From a bacterium (GTDB lineage Bacteria > SZUA-79 > Acidulodesulfobacterales > Acidulodesulfobacteraceae): a stretch of 64,000 nucleotides of DNA. The notes below the pieces were generated by a model that was given only the letters and a program-made list of their open reading frames with translations, searched no databases and had not been told where the DNA came from. The stretch covers positions 12,408 to 76,407 of the forward strand of contig JAJYQS010000101.1 of NCBI GenBank assembly GCA_021794475.1. Reading direction: 5' to 3'. Below, one piece after another: positions 1-9,270 of this stretch (the first letter of the stretch is position 1; every line of letters begins with the position of its first letter). Both the position numbers and the translations under genes were made by a program.

Positions 1-275
1 CTAAGCTGCAAAACGATATGATTATTTCTATGAATCCCCGGACTTATCACAGTAGTGCCTATGTCGTCAATTTTATTTTTTAAAAAATCATGCGCGCTAT
101 TATTGTTAAAAAACAATACCCCGTCATCATTTTGATTTAATTTATTTATATCACCGTCATTTAAAAATTCATCATAAATAGCAATACTATTTTTAGCGTT
201 ATTTTTATTTAAGAAATCTAACACCGCTCTGCCTGTTCTGCCGTAACCTATAATTAGAGTATTTAAATTTTCCAT
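1..275 (-). CDS. murD: UDP-N-acetylmuramoylalanine--D-glutamate ligase MurD, N-terminal fragment (gene runs off the left edge)
   Basis: Not in the ORF track. My translation of the reverse strand from the ATG at 275-273 gives MENLNTLIIGYGRTGRAVLDFLNKNNAKNSIAIYDEF..., a MurD-type GxGxxG N-terminus. It lies directly downstream of mraY, as in canonical dcw clusters. Confidence 0.7.
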   Translation of the reverse strand, partial: MENLNTLIIGYGRTGRAVLDFLNKNNAKNSIAIYDEFLNDGDINKLNQNDDGVLFFNNNSAHDFLKNKIDDIGTTVISPGIHRNNHIVLQL

Positions 276-410
276 AATTTTTGCTAATTTTGCTATAATT
301 TTTCCTACTATATTATATAATACATAAATACAAATTTTTAATATTTTTTTATATTTTTATAATAAACTTTATTATAAAAATTTTTTAATTAATATTATAT
401 ATAGTATTAA

Positions 411-1469
411 TTAAAAAAACCTAAGTTTTAATGTTGACAGAGCAAATATAGTTAAAATTAGGCTCACTATCCATAATCTTATTATTATTTTTGGTTCAGG
501 CACCCCTCCCATTTCAAAATGATGATGTATAGGCGCCATTTTAAATATTCTTTTTTTTCTCAGTTTATAAGAACCTACTTGAAAAATAACGCTTAAAGCC
601 TCGAGCACAAAAACAAATCCTATGACTACAAGCAATACCTCTTCCCTTGTCACAATTGATATATAGCCTAAAATAGCCCCAAGCGATATTGAACCGGTAT
701 CGCCCATAAAAACAGAAGCAGGAAAAGCATTAAACCACAAAAAACCGATAGAAGCTCCTAATAAAGCGGCGCAAAATACAACTATTTCTCCTATATTGTA
801 AATGAACGGTATAGATAAATAATCTGCAAATTTAAAATTTGAACTTGCATAAGAAAATATAAGATAACCCGCAATAGCAATAGCAAATATTCCTATTGCA
901 AGCCCGTCAAGTCCGTCAGTGAGATTTACTGCATTAGACGCACCCACTATCACAAACATTGATAAAATTATAAAAAAAGGTCCGAGATTAAAATAATAAT
1001 TTTTAACAAACGGAATAACTATAAAACTTAACGACGGAACATTGATATATAAAATTATGGAAATTATCAGCGCAAATACGCTCTGCATTAAAATCTTGTA
1101 TTTTCCTCTTAATCCTTTAGAATTTTGCCTTTTTACCTTGAGATAATCGTCTAAAAATCCGATAAACGCAAAAGATACGATTGTAATAATCGCCATGTAT
1201 ATATAAAAATTAAATAAATTAGTGAATAAAATTACCGGAATTAATATCGAAAATAATATTAAAAGCCCCCCCATCGTTGGAACATTTTTTTTATCAGATA
1301 TATGAGATTTTGGACCATCTTCTCTTATTGTCTGAGAAACATGAAATTTTTTAAGCAATTTTATAAATGTTTTTCCAAAAATTATACTTAAAAGTAAGGC
1401 AATGATTAAAGCATAGGAAGCTCTGAACGTTATAAACCTGAAAAAAATCTGGTTAAATATAAAAATCAT
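411..1469 (-). CDS. mraY: phospho-N-acetylmuramoyl-pentapeptide transferase MraY
   Basis: 352-aa polytopic membrane protein with MraY motifs (PTMGG, NAVNLTDGLDGLA, GDTGS, PIHHHFE) in dcw context. Confidence 0.95.
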   Translation of the reverse strand: MIFIFNQIFFRFITFRASYALIIALLLSIIFGKTFIKLLKKFHVSQTIREDGPKSHISDKKNVPTMGGLLILFSILIPVILFTNLFNFYIYMAIITIVSFAFIGFLDDYLKVKRQNSKGLRGKYKILMQSVFALIISIILYINVPSLSFIVIPFVKNYYFNLGPFFIILSMFVIVGASNAVNLTDGLDGLAIGIFAIAIAGYLIFSYASSNFKFADYLSIPFIYNIGEIVVFCAALLGASIGFLWFNAFPASVFMGDTGSISLGAILGYISIVTREEVLLVVIGFVFVLEALSVIFQVGSYKLRKKRIFKMAPIHHHFEMGGVPEPKIIIRLWIVSLILTIFALSTLKLRFF

Positions 1470-1518
1470 ACATCACGCCTTATATTGATTTTATTATTAT
1501 TTAATATTTCTAAAATTT

Positions 1519-2943
1519 TTATTTTTCAACTACATCAATAAAATTTTCAAGCTGCATTCCTCTTGAACCTTTAAATAAAATTACGCTGCCGGCTTTATCT
1601 GCTGCAGCTAATTTTTCCTGAAAATCTTTTTTATCATCAAATAAAATTATTTTATCGGGATTAAAACCGCTGCTGATTAAACCGTCAATTAAAAATTTAC
1701 TATAATTGCCAGTATAAAAAACATAATCTGCAATTTTTGCGGCTTCTTCTCCTGCTTTAAAATGTTCTGTTTCTGCCGACTCTCCAAGCTCCAGCATATC
1801 GCCGAGGATAAGAATCTTTTTCTTGCCAGGATATGTATCTCTTATTGCATTGAATGCCGCCTTTAAAGAAGTAGGGTTTGAATTATAAGAATCATTTATT
1901 ATTATAGAATTATTAGAATTTTCAGATATTAGTTCCATTCTGCCTTTCGGCAATTCAAAAGATTCTATGGCTTCTATCCCTGAGCGGAAATCAACACCGC
2001 ATATATGGGCGGCTAAAATAGCGCACATAAAATCATATACAAAATGCAGTCCGTTTGGTTTCAATTTTGCTTTATAAGTTTCTCCATTATAAAGAAGCTC
2101 AAAATGCATAAATCCTTCAGAGTCTGCATTGAATTCAATATTTTTATATGTCAAATCGGCATTTTTTGCCCCAAACGAAATAAAATTTATTCCGGCGTCT
2201 GTTTTATACTTGCCTGCAAGAAGTGCATCATCAGCATTAATTATGAAATATGAACCTGAAGACATAGCTGAAACCATTGAATATTTTTCTTTCAGGACTC
2301 CTTCAAGATTTATAAACTCTTCTAAATGCGATTTGCCTATATTAATGATTGCCCCTACGTCAGGATTAATTATATTAGAAAGTTTTTCTATTTCACCTTT
2401 TTTATTTGTACCTATTTCAAGAATTAATAATTTATGACTGCCGTTTAATTCAAAAATAGTATTTGGAATACCTACCTGATTATTATAATTATATTTATTT
2501 TTCAGTATATAATTTTCTCCAAAATATTTGCTTAATATTACATAAAGCATCTCTTTTACGGTAGTCTTTCCGGATGAACCTGTTATAGCAATTTTGTGCT
2601 GCAAATTAAATAGACTCAAATACTTTTTCGCTAATAAACCATAAGCATAAAGCGTATCTTCGACAGCTATTATTGTTTTTTCCGCATATTCTGAAATATT
2701 ATTTTTTTCCAAAAAATCCCATGAAACTACAGCACATGGACATCCCATTTTAAATATCTTATCAATAAAATCTTCACCGTTAAAATTTTTACCTTTTAAA
2801 GCAAAAAAAATAGAATTCTCTGAAAAAAGGGCTCTGGAATCAATAAATACTTCGTTAAAAACTAGATGCGTGCCGAGCTTAACAGCTTTGCCGCCGGTTG
2901 CATTTAAGATATCATCTAAATTTAAGTTAAATTCTAATTTCAT
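1519..2943 (-). CDS. murF: UDP-N-acetylmuramoyl-tripeptide--D-alanyl-D-alanine ligase MurF
   Basis: Mur ligase P-loop ITGSSGKTT, C-terminal DSYNSNP motif, and position between murE and mraY. Confidence 0.9.
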   Translation of the reverse strand: MKLEFNLNLDDILNATGGKAVKLGTHLVFNEVFIDSRALFSENSIFFALKGKNFNGEDFIDKIFKMGCPCAVVSWDFLEKNNISEYAEKTIIAVEDTLYAYGLLAKKYLSLFNLQHKIAITGSSGKTTVKEMLYVILSKYFGENYILKNKYNYNNQVGIPNTIFELNGSHKLLILEIGTNKKGEIEKLSNIINPDVGAIINIGKSHLEEFINLEGVLKEKYSMVSAMSSGSYFIINADDALLAGKYKTDAGINFISFGAKNADLTYKNIEFNADSEGFMHFELLYNGETYKAKLKPNGLHFVYDFMCAILAAHICGVDFRSGIEAIESFELPKGRMELISENSNNSIIINDSYNSNPTSLKAAFNAIRDTYPGKKKILILGDMLELGESAETEHFKAGEEAAKIADYVFYTGNYSKFLIDGLISSGFNPDKIILFDDKKDFQEKLAAADKAGSVILFKGSRGMQLENFIDVVEK

Positions 2944-3092
2944 AATATTTTATATTATTTGATTATACTGAGCAAATAAAACCATTGTTTATTAAATGAT
3001 TTCCATTGTTTAATTCTTTTTTATTATATTTTTATGTATTATTTATTATGCATAAGTTACTTTTATTATTATCTATAAATTACTTTGAAATT

Positions 3093-5096
3093 TTATAAAT
3101 TATAAAACTTTAAAACCTCTTCTTTGTCGCTGAAATGGGTTTTGTTTGCGCCTATTATCATGTAGTCTTCATGTCCTTTGCCGGATATAAGCACGGTATC
3201 TTTTTCTGAACACGCTATCGATAGGGCAGTTTTTATAGCTTTTTCTCTATCGGGTACTATTGTATATATATGCACGAGTTTATGGTCATCTATAATATCA
3301 ATATCGTCTCCGGCGTATTCTGTGCCTTGAATGCTTCTATTATCTTTACCTTTATCGGTATTATGTTTATGAACATATTTGCTATTGTTATTATCTTTAT
3401 CAATATTAAGCCTTCTTATTTCATTTTTTAATCTGTTTATGTCTCCTATGCTGCCATCGCAAGATATAAAAAAAACATTTTCCTCTTTTATTCCGTTTTC
3501 TATTTCTTTAATAATTGACATCGGGTTTTCGCTTCTTGGATTGTCTGAGGTAATAACGGTAATATCGGCTAATCTTCCGGCATGCCTGCCCATCATAGGA
3601 CGTTTACCTTTATCTCTGTCGCCGCCGCATCCGAAAACACATATTAAATTATTGGATGTAATATCTCTCAGAGCGGACAGCACTCTGTTTAATGCATCGT
3701 CGGTATGGGCGTAGTCAACGCAAACCAAGGGAATCGCCTCGTTATTGCTATCCAAAGTGCAAATACCGTTTTTATGTCCGTTTACAGAGCTGCTATTGCC
3801 GTCATTGCCGCCGTTATCACTATCGCTGCCACTATCCGCGTTATTACTATTAATATTTATTCTAATTTTTTCTACTCTGCCGGGTACGCTCGTTAAAGCT
3901 GAAATACCCTTAGAAATATTTTCGTTATCAACCGATAGCGCAAAAGCAGAGGTGGCGGCAGCTAACATATTATATACATTAAAACTTCCCATTAAACTTG
4001 ATTTTACGATAAAAAATTTAACGTCCGGCGCCGGCGTTTTAAGATTATAATTCATTTTATTAATTAAATTATTATAATATAATTTAAATTCAAGCCCTTT
4101 GGTAGTGGACTTTATATCTTTTGCAAAAACATCGGCTTTTTCGGTTAAGCCGTAAGTTATGACGTTAAAATTATTTAAACTCTCCGGTTCGCTTAGCTCA
4201 CTAATTAACCGCGCTCCATATTCGTCATCGTTATTTATTACTGCATATTTTTTATTTTTTAAACTCTTAGATAGTACTTCGGTGAATAAAAGTTTTTTTG
4301 CCTGATAGTATGATTCCATATCTTTATGGTAGTCTAAATGGTCACGGGTCAAATTTGTAAATATCGCTATATCAAAATCAATTCCATATGTACGCCTCTG
4401 AATAAGACTATGGGAAGATACCTCCATAACGCATGACTTAAGATTGTTTAAAATCATAGTGTTTAACATATCATTAAGCATATAAGAATCCGGCGTCGTG
4501 TTTACTGAAGGAATATCAATTCCGTTATCTTTATCGGTAAATGCTATTTTATAATCTATAGTACCTATCAAACCTGAAAAAAGACCTGCAGTGTTTAAAA
4601 TTGAATTAAGCAGATAGGAAGTCGTAGTTTTTCCGTTTGTTCCGGTGATACCCGCCATTTTCAATTTCATTGCAGGTCTGTTAAAAAAATTTCTTGATAT
4701 AACCGCATACGCCTTTAACGCATCATCGACTATAATTACCGATATGCCGTTTTTTCCGCGATTCAGAGCATTTTTATTATATTCGTTTATGTAAGATTCT
4801 AAAGCACCGTCTATCTGCTCATCGGTAAGAATACTCGACGCTCCCTTTTCTGCCGCATCCTTTATGTATTTATTCGAGTTTATACTGTTTCCCTTTCTTG
4901 CGGCAAAAAGGTACCCCTCCGAAATATTTCGCGAATCATTAGATATTCCTTTTATATCTATATCCAAATCTTTATACTCATCTATATTTATATTTGCATT
5001 CCCTGCGTCCCGACATATATTTTTATCAGAACTGTTTCCAATAAAAGATATAATTTTGAAATCATCTGTATTCTGTATCAATTTATTAAATTTCAT
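3093..5096 (-). CDS. murE: UDP-N-acetylmuramoyl-L-alanyl-D-glutamate--2,6-diaminopimelate ligase MurE, expanded by low-complexity insertions (667 aa)
   Basis: GITGTNGKTTT P-loop, DYAHTDDAL, and a DNPRSE motif of the type associated with meso-DAP-adding MurE. In dcw order. Carries extra Asn/Ser/Gly/Asp-rich segments. Confidence 0.9.
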   Translation of the reverse strand: MKFNKLIQNTDDFKIISFIGNSSDKNICRDAGNANINIDEYKDLDIDIKGISNDSRNISEGYLFAARKGNSINSNKYIKDAAEKGASSILTDEQIDGALESYINEYNKNALNRGKNGISVIIVDDALKAYAVISRNFFNRPAMKLKMAGITGTNGKTTTSYLLNSILNTAGLFSGLIGTIDYKIAFTDKDNGIDIPSVNTTPDSYMLNDMLNTMILNNLKSCVMEVSSHSLIQRRTYGIDFDIAIFTNLTRDHLDYHKDMESYYQAKKLLFTEVLSKSLKNKKYAVINNDDEYGARLISELSEPESLNNFNVITYGLTEKADVFAKDIKSTTKGLEFKLYYNNLINKMNYNLKTPAPDVKFFIVKSSLMGSFNVYNMLAAATSAFALSVDNENISKGISALTSVPGRVEKIRININSNNADSGSDSDNGGNDGNSSSVNGHKNGICTLDSNNEAIPLVCVDYAHTDDALNRVLSALRDITSNNLICVFGCGGDRDKGKRPMMGRHAGRLADITVITSDNPRSENPMSIIKEIENGIKEENVFFISCDGSIGDINRLKNEIRRLNIDKDNNNSKYVHKHNTDKGKDNRSIQGTEYAGDDIDIIDDHKLVHIYTIVPDREKAIKTALSIACSEKDTVLISGKGHEDYMIIGANKTHFSDKEEVLKFYNL

Positions 5097-5176
5097 GATA
5101 GCAATTTAATTCTTTATTTAATTTATTTATTAAAATTCTTTACTTATTTATTTTATTAATTACTTATTTATTTTTT

Positions 5177-5243
5177 ATTGTTTTATTGTTTTATCGTTTT
5201 ATTGTTTTATTGTTTTATTGTTTTATTATTTTATCGTTTTATT
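5177..5243. repeat. tandem octamer array, about 8 copies of ATTGTTTT (variants ATCGTTTT, ATTATTTT)
   Basis: Read directly in the murE-ftsI spacer. Preceded by a duplicated TACTTATTTATTTT at about 5141 and 5161. Confidence 0.9.
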
Positions 5244-5273
5244 AATTATCTTATTTTTTTATTGATTCGAACC

Positions 5274-7262
5274 TTAAGGTTTAAATTTTAATACAATAAT
5301 CTGATTTTTTTTGATTTTAGCTCCGGGTTTTATATTCTGATAGTATAAAAAACCGCTGCCTTTTACTATTATATTTTCATCGTATCCATTGATATTTTTT
5401 ATAGCAGAAAGTATTGTATCGCCCTGCAAATTTGGCATTATACCGATGTTATGATTATTTTTATTAATAACATTTTTTTTGTTTATGTTGTTGTTCTTAG
5501 CAGTACCTGAAACAATCTGTAAATTATTCAGCGCCATTGCATGAACCTGCTTTTTATATGCCTTATTGCCCGGAGAAATATTTAAAATATTTAAAGCTCG
5601 TTTAAAAACCTCTCTCACGACCGGCGCACTGACAGCTCCTCCGTAGTAACTTATTTTTAACGGCTTTTCCTGAACTACCAGCATAGCAAGCTTAGGATGT
5701 TTATAAGGAACAAAAGCCATAAATGAAGCAGTATATAAATTCTTATAATATGTCCCTGTTTTAGGGTTTGCAATCTGACCGGTTCCGGTCTTACCCGAAA
5801 CTTTATAGTCTATCAGCTTACAGTACTGCCCTGTGCCGCCCTTTACTACAAGACGCATCATGTATTTTATTTCTCTGTCTGTTTTCGAATTAATTACACG
5901 CCTTATTACTTTTGGTTTTGCCATGAAAAGTACTTTTCCGTAAGGATTAACAATCTTTTTAATTATATACGGTTTCATTAAAAATCCGCCGTTTGCAATT
6001 GCGGAAAGCGCGGTTATTTCTTGAAGTCCCGTTATAGCCGCCCCCTGTCCGAATGCCTCTTCGCACGGTCCGACCTGTGACCATTTGCTTACAGGTCTGT
6101 CTATACCTGACGATTCCCCGAGCAGTCCGGCATGAGGCTGAACTAAAAATCCCCATTTTTTAAGCCAGTACCACAGTCTTTGCTTGCCCATTTTCATACC
6201 TACCTGACAAGCGCATACGTTACATGAATATTCTATCAGCTGATTTATAGTCATATGTCCGAATGATGTACCTACATCATGGACAGTTATGCCGTCTATA
6301 TAGTAAGCACCGTGATGTCCGTTTATTATAGTAGTCGGTTTTATAACACCGTCCTGCATTGCGCCGGATATTATAAAAGGCTTCATCGTAGAGCCTGGTT
6401 CGAAATCATCCGTAACCGCCCTGTTTCTCCAGTAGCGCGGCTTATATCTCCAGTAATAATTAGGATTAAAAGCCGGATAATCCGCCATGGCAAGAATAGC
6501 TCCCGTATTTGGGTCCATAATAATAGCAACAGCACCGCGCGAATCAGCGGCTTTAGCTTCTTTATCTAAATAATGCTCCGTTATATACTGCAATTTTTTA
6601 TTTATTGTCAAATATATATTATCGCCGTGCGTTTCTTTTTCAAGACCAAAACCTCTTATAAAAATATTCTGTCCAAGACCGTCGTGCATAATTTTCAGAG
6701 CTTTTTTATTTCCCTTAAGAATTTTATTATATTTATATTCTATGCCGGATAATCCGTTATCGTTTATTCCTACAAATCCTAAGACATGGGCAAGAAGATC
6801 GCCGTCAGGATAATATCTGACAGGCTGCTCAATTATGCTTATGCCGCCGACGCCTAAACTTTCAATTTTATCTGCAGTTCTGTTAGACACTTTTTTTTTT
6901 AACCAGGTAAATTGTAAATTTAAATTTAATTCTCTGATAACTTTTTTAAGTTTGATATCTAATAATTGCGATAGTTCTTTGCCTACTTTATATTTATGCT
7001 TTATCATTAAAGGATCTAATGCTATACCGTCCACGTCAATGCTTGTTGCCAGCAATCCGCCGTCAGTGGAATAAATATTACCTCTTTTTGGCGTAAAATA
7101 AATTTTTGTATGAAACTGCGCATCAGCCATTTTCCGGAGCGAAGCTGCATCTATCACCTGTAAATAGAAAGCTTTAATTAATAATAATCCTCCAAATACA
7201 AAAATTAGAGAGAATACTATTAGTATTCGGACTTTCATTGTTGTTTTCCATATCTTATTCAT
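5274..7262 (-). CDS. ftsI: class B penicillin-binding protein / peptidoglycan D,D-transpeptidase FtsI with a C-terminal PASTA-like domain
   Basis: N-terminal TM anchor, transpeptidase motifs STMKP and KTGT, dcw position after ftsL. The last ~55 aa (MPNLQGDTILSAIKNI...QIIVLKFKP) fit the PASTA pattern. Confidence 0.85.
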   Translation of the reverse strand: MNKIWKTTMKVRILIVFSLIFVFGGLLLIKAFYLQVIDAASLRKMADAQFHTKIYFTPKRGNIYSTDGGLLATSIDVDGIALDPLMIKHKYKVGKELSQLLDIKLKKVIRELNLNLQFTWLKKKVSNRTADKIESLGVGGISIIEQPVRYYPDGDLLAHVLGFVGINDNGLSGIEYKYNKILKGNKKALKIMHDGLGQNIFIRGFGLEKETHGDNIYLTINKKLQYITEHYLDKEAKAADSRGAVAIIMDPNTGAILAMADYPAFNPNYYWRYKPRYWRNRAVTDDFEPGSTMKPFIISGAMQDGVIKPTTIINGHHGAYYIDGITVHDVGTSFGHMTINQLIEYSCNVCACQVGMKMGKQRLWYWLKKWGFLVQPHAGLLGESSGIDRPVSKWSQVGPCEEAFGQGAAITGLQEITALSAIANGGFLMKPYIIKKIVNPYGKVLFMAKPKVIRRVINSKTDREIKYMMRLVVKGGTGQYCKLIDYKVSGKTGTGQIANPKTGTYYKNLYTASFMAFVPYKHPKLAMLVVQEKPLKISYYGGAVSAPVVREVFKRALNILNISPGNKAYKKQVHAMALNNLQIVSGTAKNNNINKKNVINKNNHNIGIMPNLQGDTILSAIKNINGYDENIIVKGSGFLYYQNIKPGAKIKKNQIIVLKFKP

Positions 7263-7521
7263 GAATCATTATAACTTGGCCTTCTTTCGGATAAACAAAG
7301 CCTAATTTTTTCGCTATCTTGTAAATACGTGCGGGAGAAGCCAGCGAAGCTTTGACTATTAACAATCTTTTATTTTTATGTACCAATCCCGCTTTAATTG
7401 TCTCCAGTTTGTTAATTTCATAGCCTAATTTCATACTTTCCATATTTGTCCAGACATAAAATATTCCGGTCAATGAAATAATAAAAATCATAATAATTAA
7501 ATAAGGTTTTATTTTTGACAT
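7255..7521 (-). CDS. ftsL: cell division protein FtsL-like (small bitopic membrane protein)
   Basis: 88 aa with a single N-terminal TM helix then a coiled-coil-like segment. Overlaps rsmH and ftsI at the canonical position. Confidence 0.6.
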   Translation of the reverse strand: MSKIKPYLIIMIFIISLTGIFYVWTNMESMKLGYEINKLETIKAGLVHKNKRLLIVKASLASPARIYKIAKKLGFVYPKEGQVIMIHE

Positions 7522-8408
7522 ATGAAACTCGCCGCTCTTAATTTTGCGCTTCTAGATCTCGGATTTGCCTTAATTTCTTCAAATGATGGGACTAAAGGCT
7601 TTTTTGTTATTATGTGAAAATCTTTATTATTTTTGAAGAAATTTTTTACTAATCTGTCTTCACCTGAATGGAAGGCTATAATACAGACAACCGCCCCATG
7701 ATTTAAAATATTCTTTAATTTATTTAAAAATTGCATTAAATATTCATATTCGTTATTTACCGCAATTCTTAAAGCCAAAAACGACCTGGTAGCCGGATCT
7801 ATTTTATTTCTTCCGTTTTGCCTGTAACCTATGCTATTTTTAATCAATTTGGATAACTCCAGCGGAGTTTCTATTAATTTTTTTTTTCTATATTCGATAA
7901 TTTTCTTTGCAATTTTTCTTGAAAATCTTTCATCTCCGTAATTCCATAGGATATCTGAAATTTCTTCCTCCCGATAATAATTTACAATATCAAAAGCGGT
8001 AGTTGTGCCGTCGGTATTGATTCTCATATCTAAATGCCCTTCATCTTTAAAGCTGAAACCCCTGCCGCTTTCAAGCTGAATGGAGCTTATACCTAAATCC
8101 AGCACGATACCATCGACTTTTTCAAAACCTGCATCGCGGATAACTGAATCAACATCGCTAAAATTAGAATGGAAAACGTTAAATCTTTTTTTATCGAACT
8201 TCTTTTCTAATTTTAACCTTACATAATTAACGGCATTTTCGTCGCTGTCTAAAGCTATTAAAACCCCGTCAGGCGCTGATAATTCTAAAATTACCTCAGA
8301 AAATCCGCCCGCTCCCGCCGTGCCGTCAACATAGATACTACCCTGTTTTATATTCAGCAGCTCAATCGACTCCTTCAGCATAACAGGAATATGTTCTATG
8401 TTGTCCAT
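7509..8408 (-). CDS. rsmH: 16S rRNA (cytosine1402-N4)-methyltransferase RsmH
   Basis: HIPVML start, DGTAGAGG SAM motif, DLGISS, FHSGEDR. Follows mraZ. Confidence 0.95.
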   Translation of the reverse strand: MDNIEHIPVMLKESIELLNIKQGSIYVDGTAGAGGFSEVILELSAPDGVLIALDSDENAVNYVRLKLEKKFDKKRFNVFHSNFSDVDSVIRDAGFEKVDGIVLDLGISSIQLESGRGFSFKDEGHLDMRINTDGTTTAFDIVNYYREEEISDILWNYGDERFSRKIAKKIIEYRKKKLIETPLELSKLIKNSIGYRQNGRNKIDPATRSFLALRIAVNNEYEYLMQFLNKLKNILNHGAVVCIIAFHSGEDRLVKNFFKNNKDFHIITKKPLVPSFEEIKANPRSRSAKLRAASFICQK

Positions 8409-8452
8409 ATAATCTAATTCATATAATTTAATTTATTTAAAATATAATATAA

Positions 8453-8896
8453 CTAAAAACCGATTTGCGACATGGTAGCGGATATAGTTTCAAAGTTTGC
8501 TTTTGCGTTTTCAAAATTGTTATCCCATAACCCTTTGTCCCAAATTTCAAATTTATTAATAATTCCTACAATCATAGCCTCTTTATTCAGTCCTCCGCTG
8601 CCCCTCAGCGAAGACGGTATCAAAAACCTGTCTTGGGAATCAAGTTCTAATTCTAACCCCCCTGAAAAAAAATATCTTAAAAATTCTAATACATCCTTTT
8701 GCATTGACGGTAATTTAAGTGCCTTTTCCTCAAGCTTTCTCCACTCTTCGACAGGATAAACTACGAGACATTTGTCTAAATTAGTAATTACAAGATTGGT
8801 ATCATTATAATTAGACACAAGCGCTTCCTTTATTTTCAATGGGAGCTTTATTCTGCCCTTATCGTCTATCGAATGAACGTATCTTCCGCTTAACAT
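8453..8896 (-). CDS. mraZ: transcriptional regulator MraZ
   Basis: 147 aa with a duplicated SpoVT/AbrB-like fold and the DxxGR signatures (DDKGRIKLP and DSQDRFLIP). First gene of the dcw cluster. Confidence 0.95.
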   Translation of the reverse strand: MLSGRYVHSIDDKGRIKLPLKIKEALVSNYNDTNLVITNLDKCLVVYPVEEWRKLEEKALKLPSMQKDVLEFLRYFFSGGLELELDSQDRFLIPSSLRGSGGLNKEAMIVGIINKFEIWDKGLWDNNFENAKANFETISATMSQIGF

Positions 8897-8997
8897 CTTA
8901 AATATATTAAATATATTTATATAAAATTAAAATTATAAAAACATTATTGTGATTTAATGAATTAATTATCTTTTGTTTTAATAATTTACATAATAGT

Positions 8998-9027
8998 TTT
9001 TTACCACTTTTTACCACTTTTTACCAC
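8998..9027 (-). promoter_or_regulatory. three direct GTGGTAAAAA repeats with a 10-bp period: putative MraZ operator
   Basis: The plus strand reads TTTTTACCAC x3 (8998-9007, 9008-9017, 9018-9027), 100-130 nt upstream of the mraZ ATG. Matches the known MraZ-box style (GTGG-type repeats at 10-bp spacing). Confidence 0.7.
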
Positions 9028-9033
9028 AATTAA

Positions 9034-9062
9034 ATAATATTAGTAATTTGAATAAAAGTCAA
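9034..9062 (-). promoter_or_regulatory. putative sigma70-type promoter of the dcw operon (Pmra)
   Basis: The minus strand reads TTGACT (9062-9057), a 17-nt spacer, then TATTAT (9039-9034). The predicted start falls at the first MraZ box. Confidence 0.5.
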
Positions 9063-9100
9063 GTACTAAGAAAATAAATTTTTTAAAATATGGGTAAAAT

Positions 9101-9113
9101 AGGGACGGACACC
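9101..9113 (+). repeat. degenerate copy (AGGGACGGACACC) of the dispersed 13-mer
   Basis: Two mismatches to GGGGACAGACACC. Lies 28 nt upstream of an exact copy. Confidence 0.7.
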
Positions 9114-9128
9114 TTTTATTGTTTAAAT

Positions 9129-9141
9129 GGGGACAGACACC
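9129..9141 (+). repeat. dispersed intergenic 13-mer GGGGACAGACACC, exact copy
   Basis: Read directly. Flanked by A/T runs (AAATGGGGACAGACACCTTTTTT). Confidence 0.85.
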
Positions 9142-9270
9142 TTTTTTAGAATAGAATAAGAATGGATTGAAAACACAGAGATACATGAAAATAAAAGATA
9201 GGTTAAAATAAGAATGGAAGCAATTAATTTGCAGTGTAATTCTAAAATAGAAGCTGACTATATTTGAAAA

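Noticed and set aside
5262-5282. GATTCGAACC (tRNA T-arm-like) and the 12-bp palindrome AACCTTAAGGTT at the ftsI stop
   Set aside because: The flanks cannot form acceptor, D or anticodon arms, and the palindrome has no loop. Probably coincidental.
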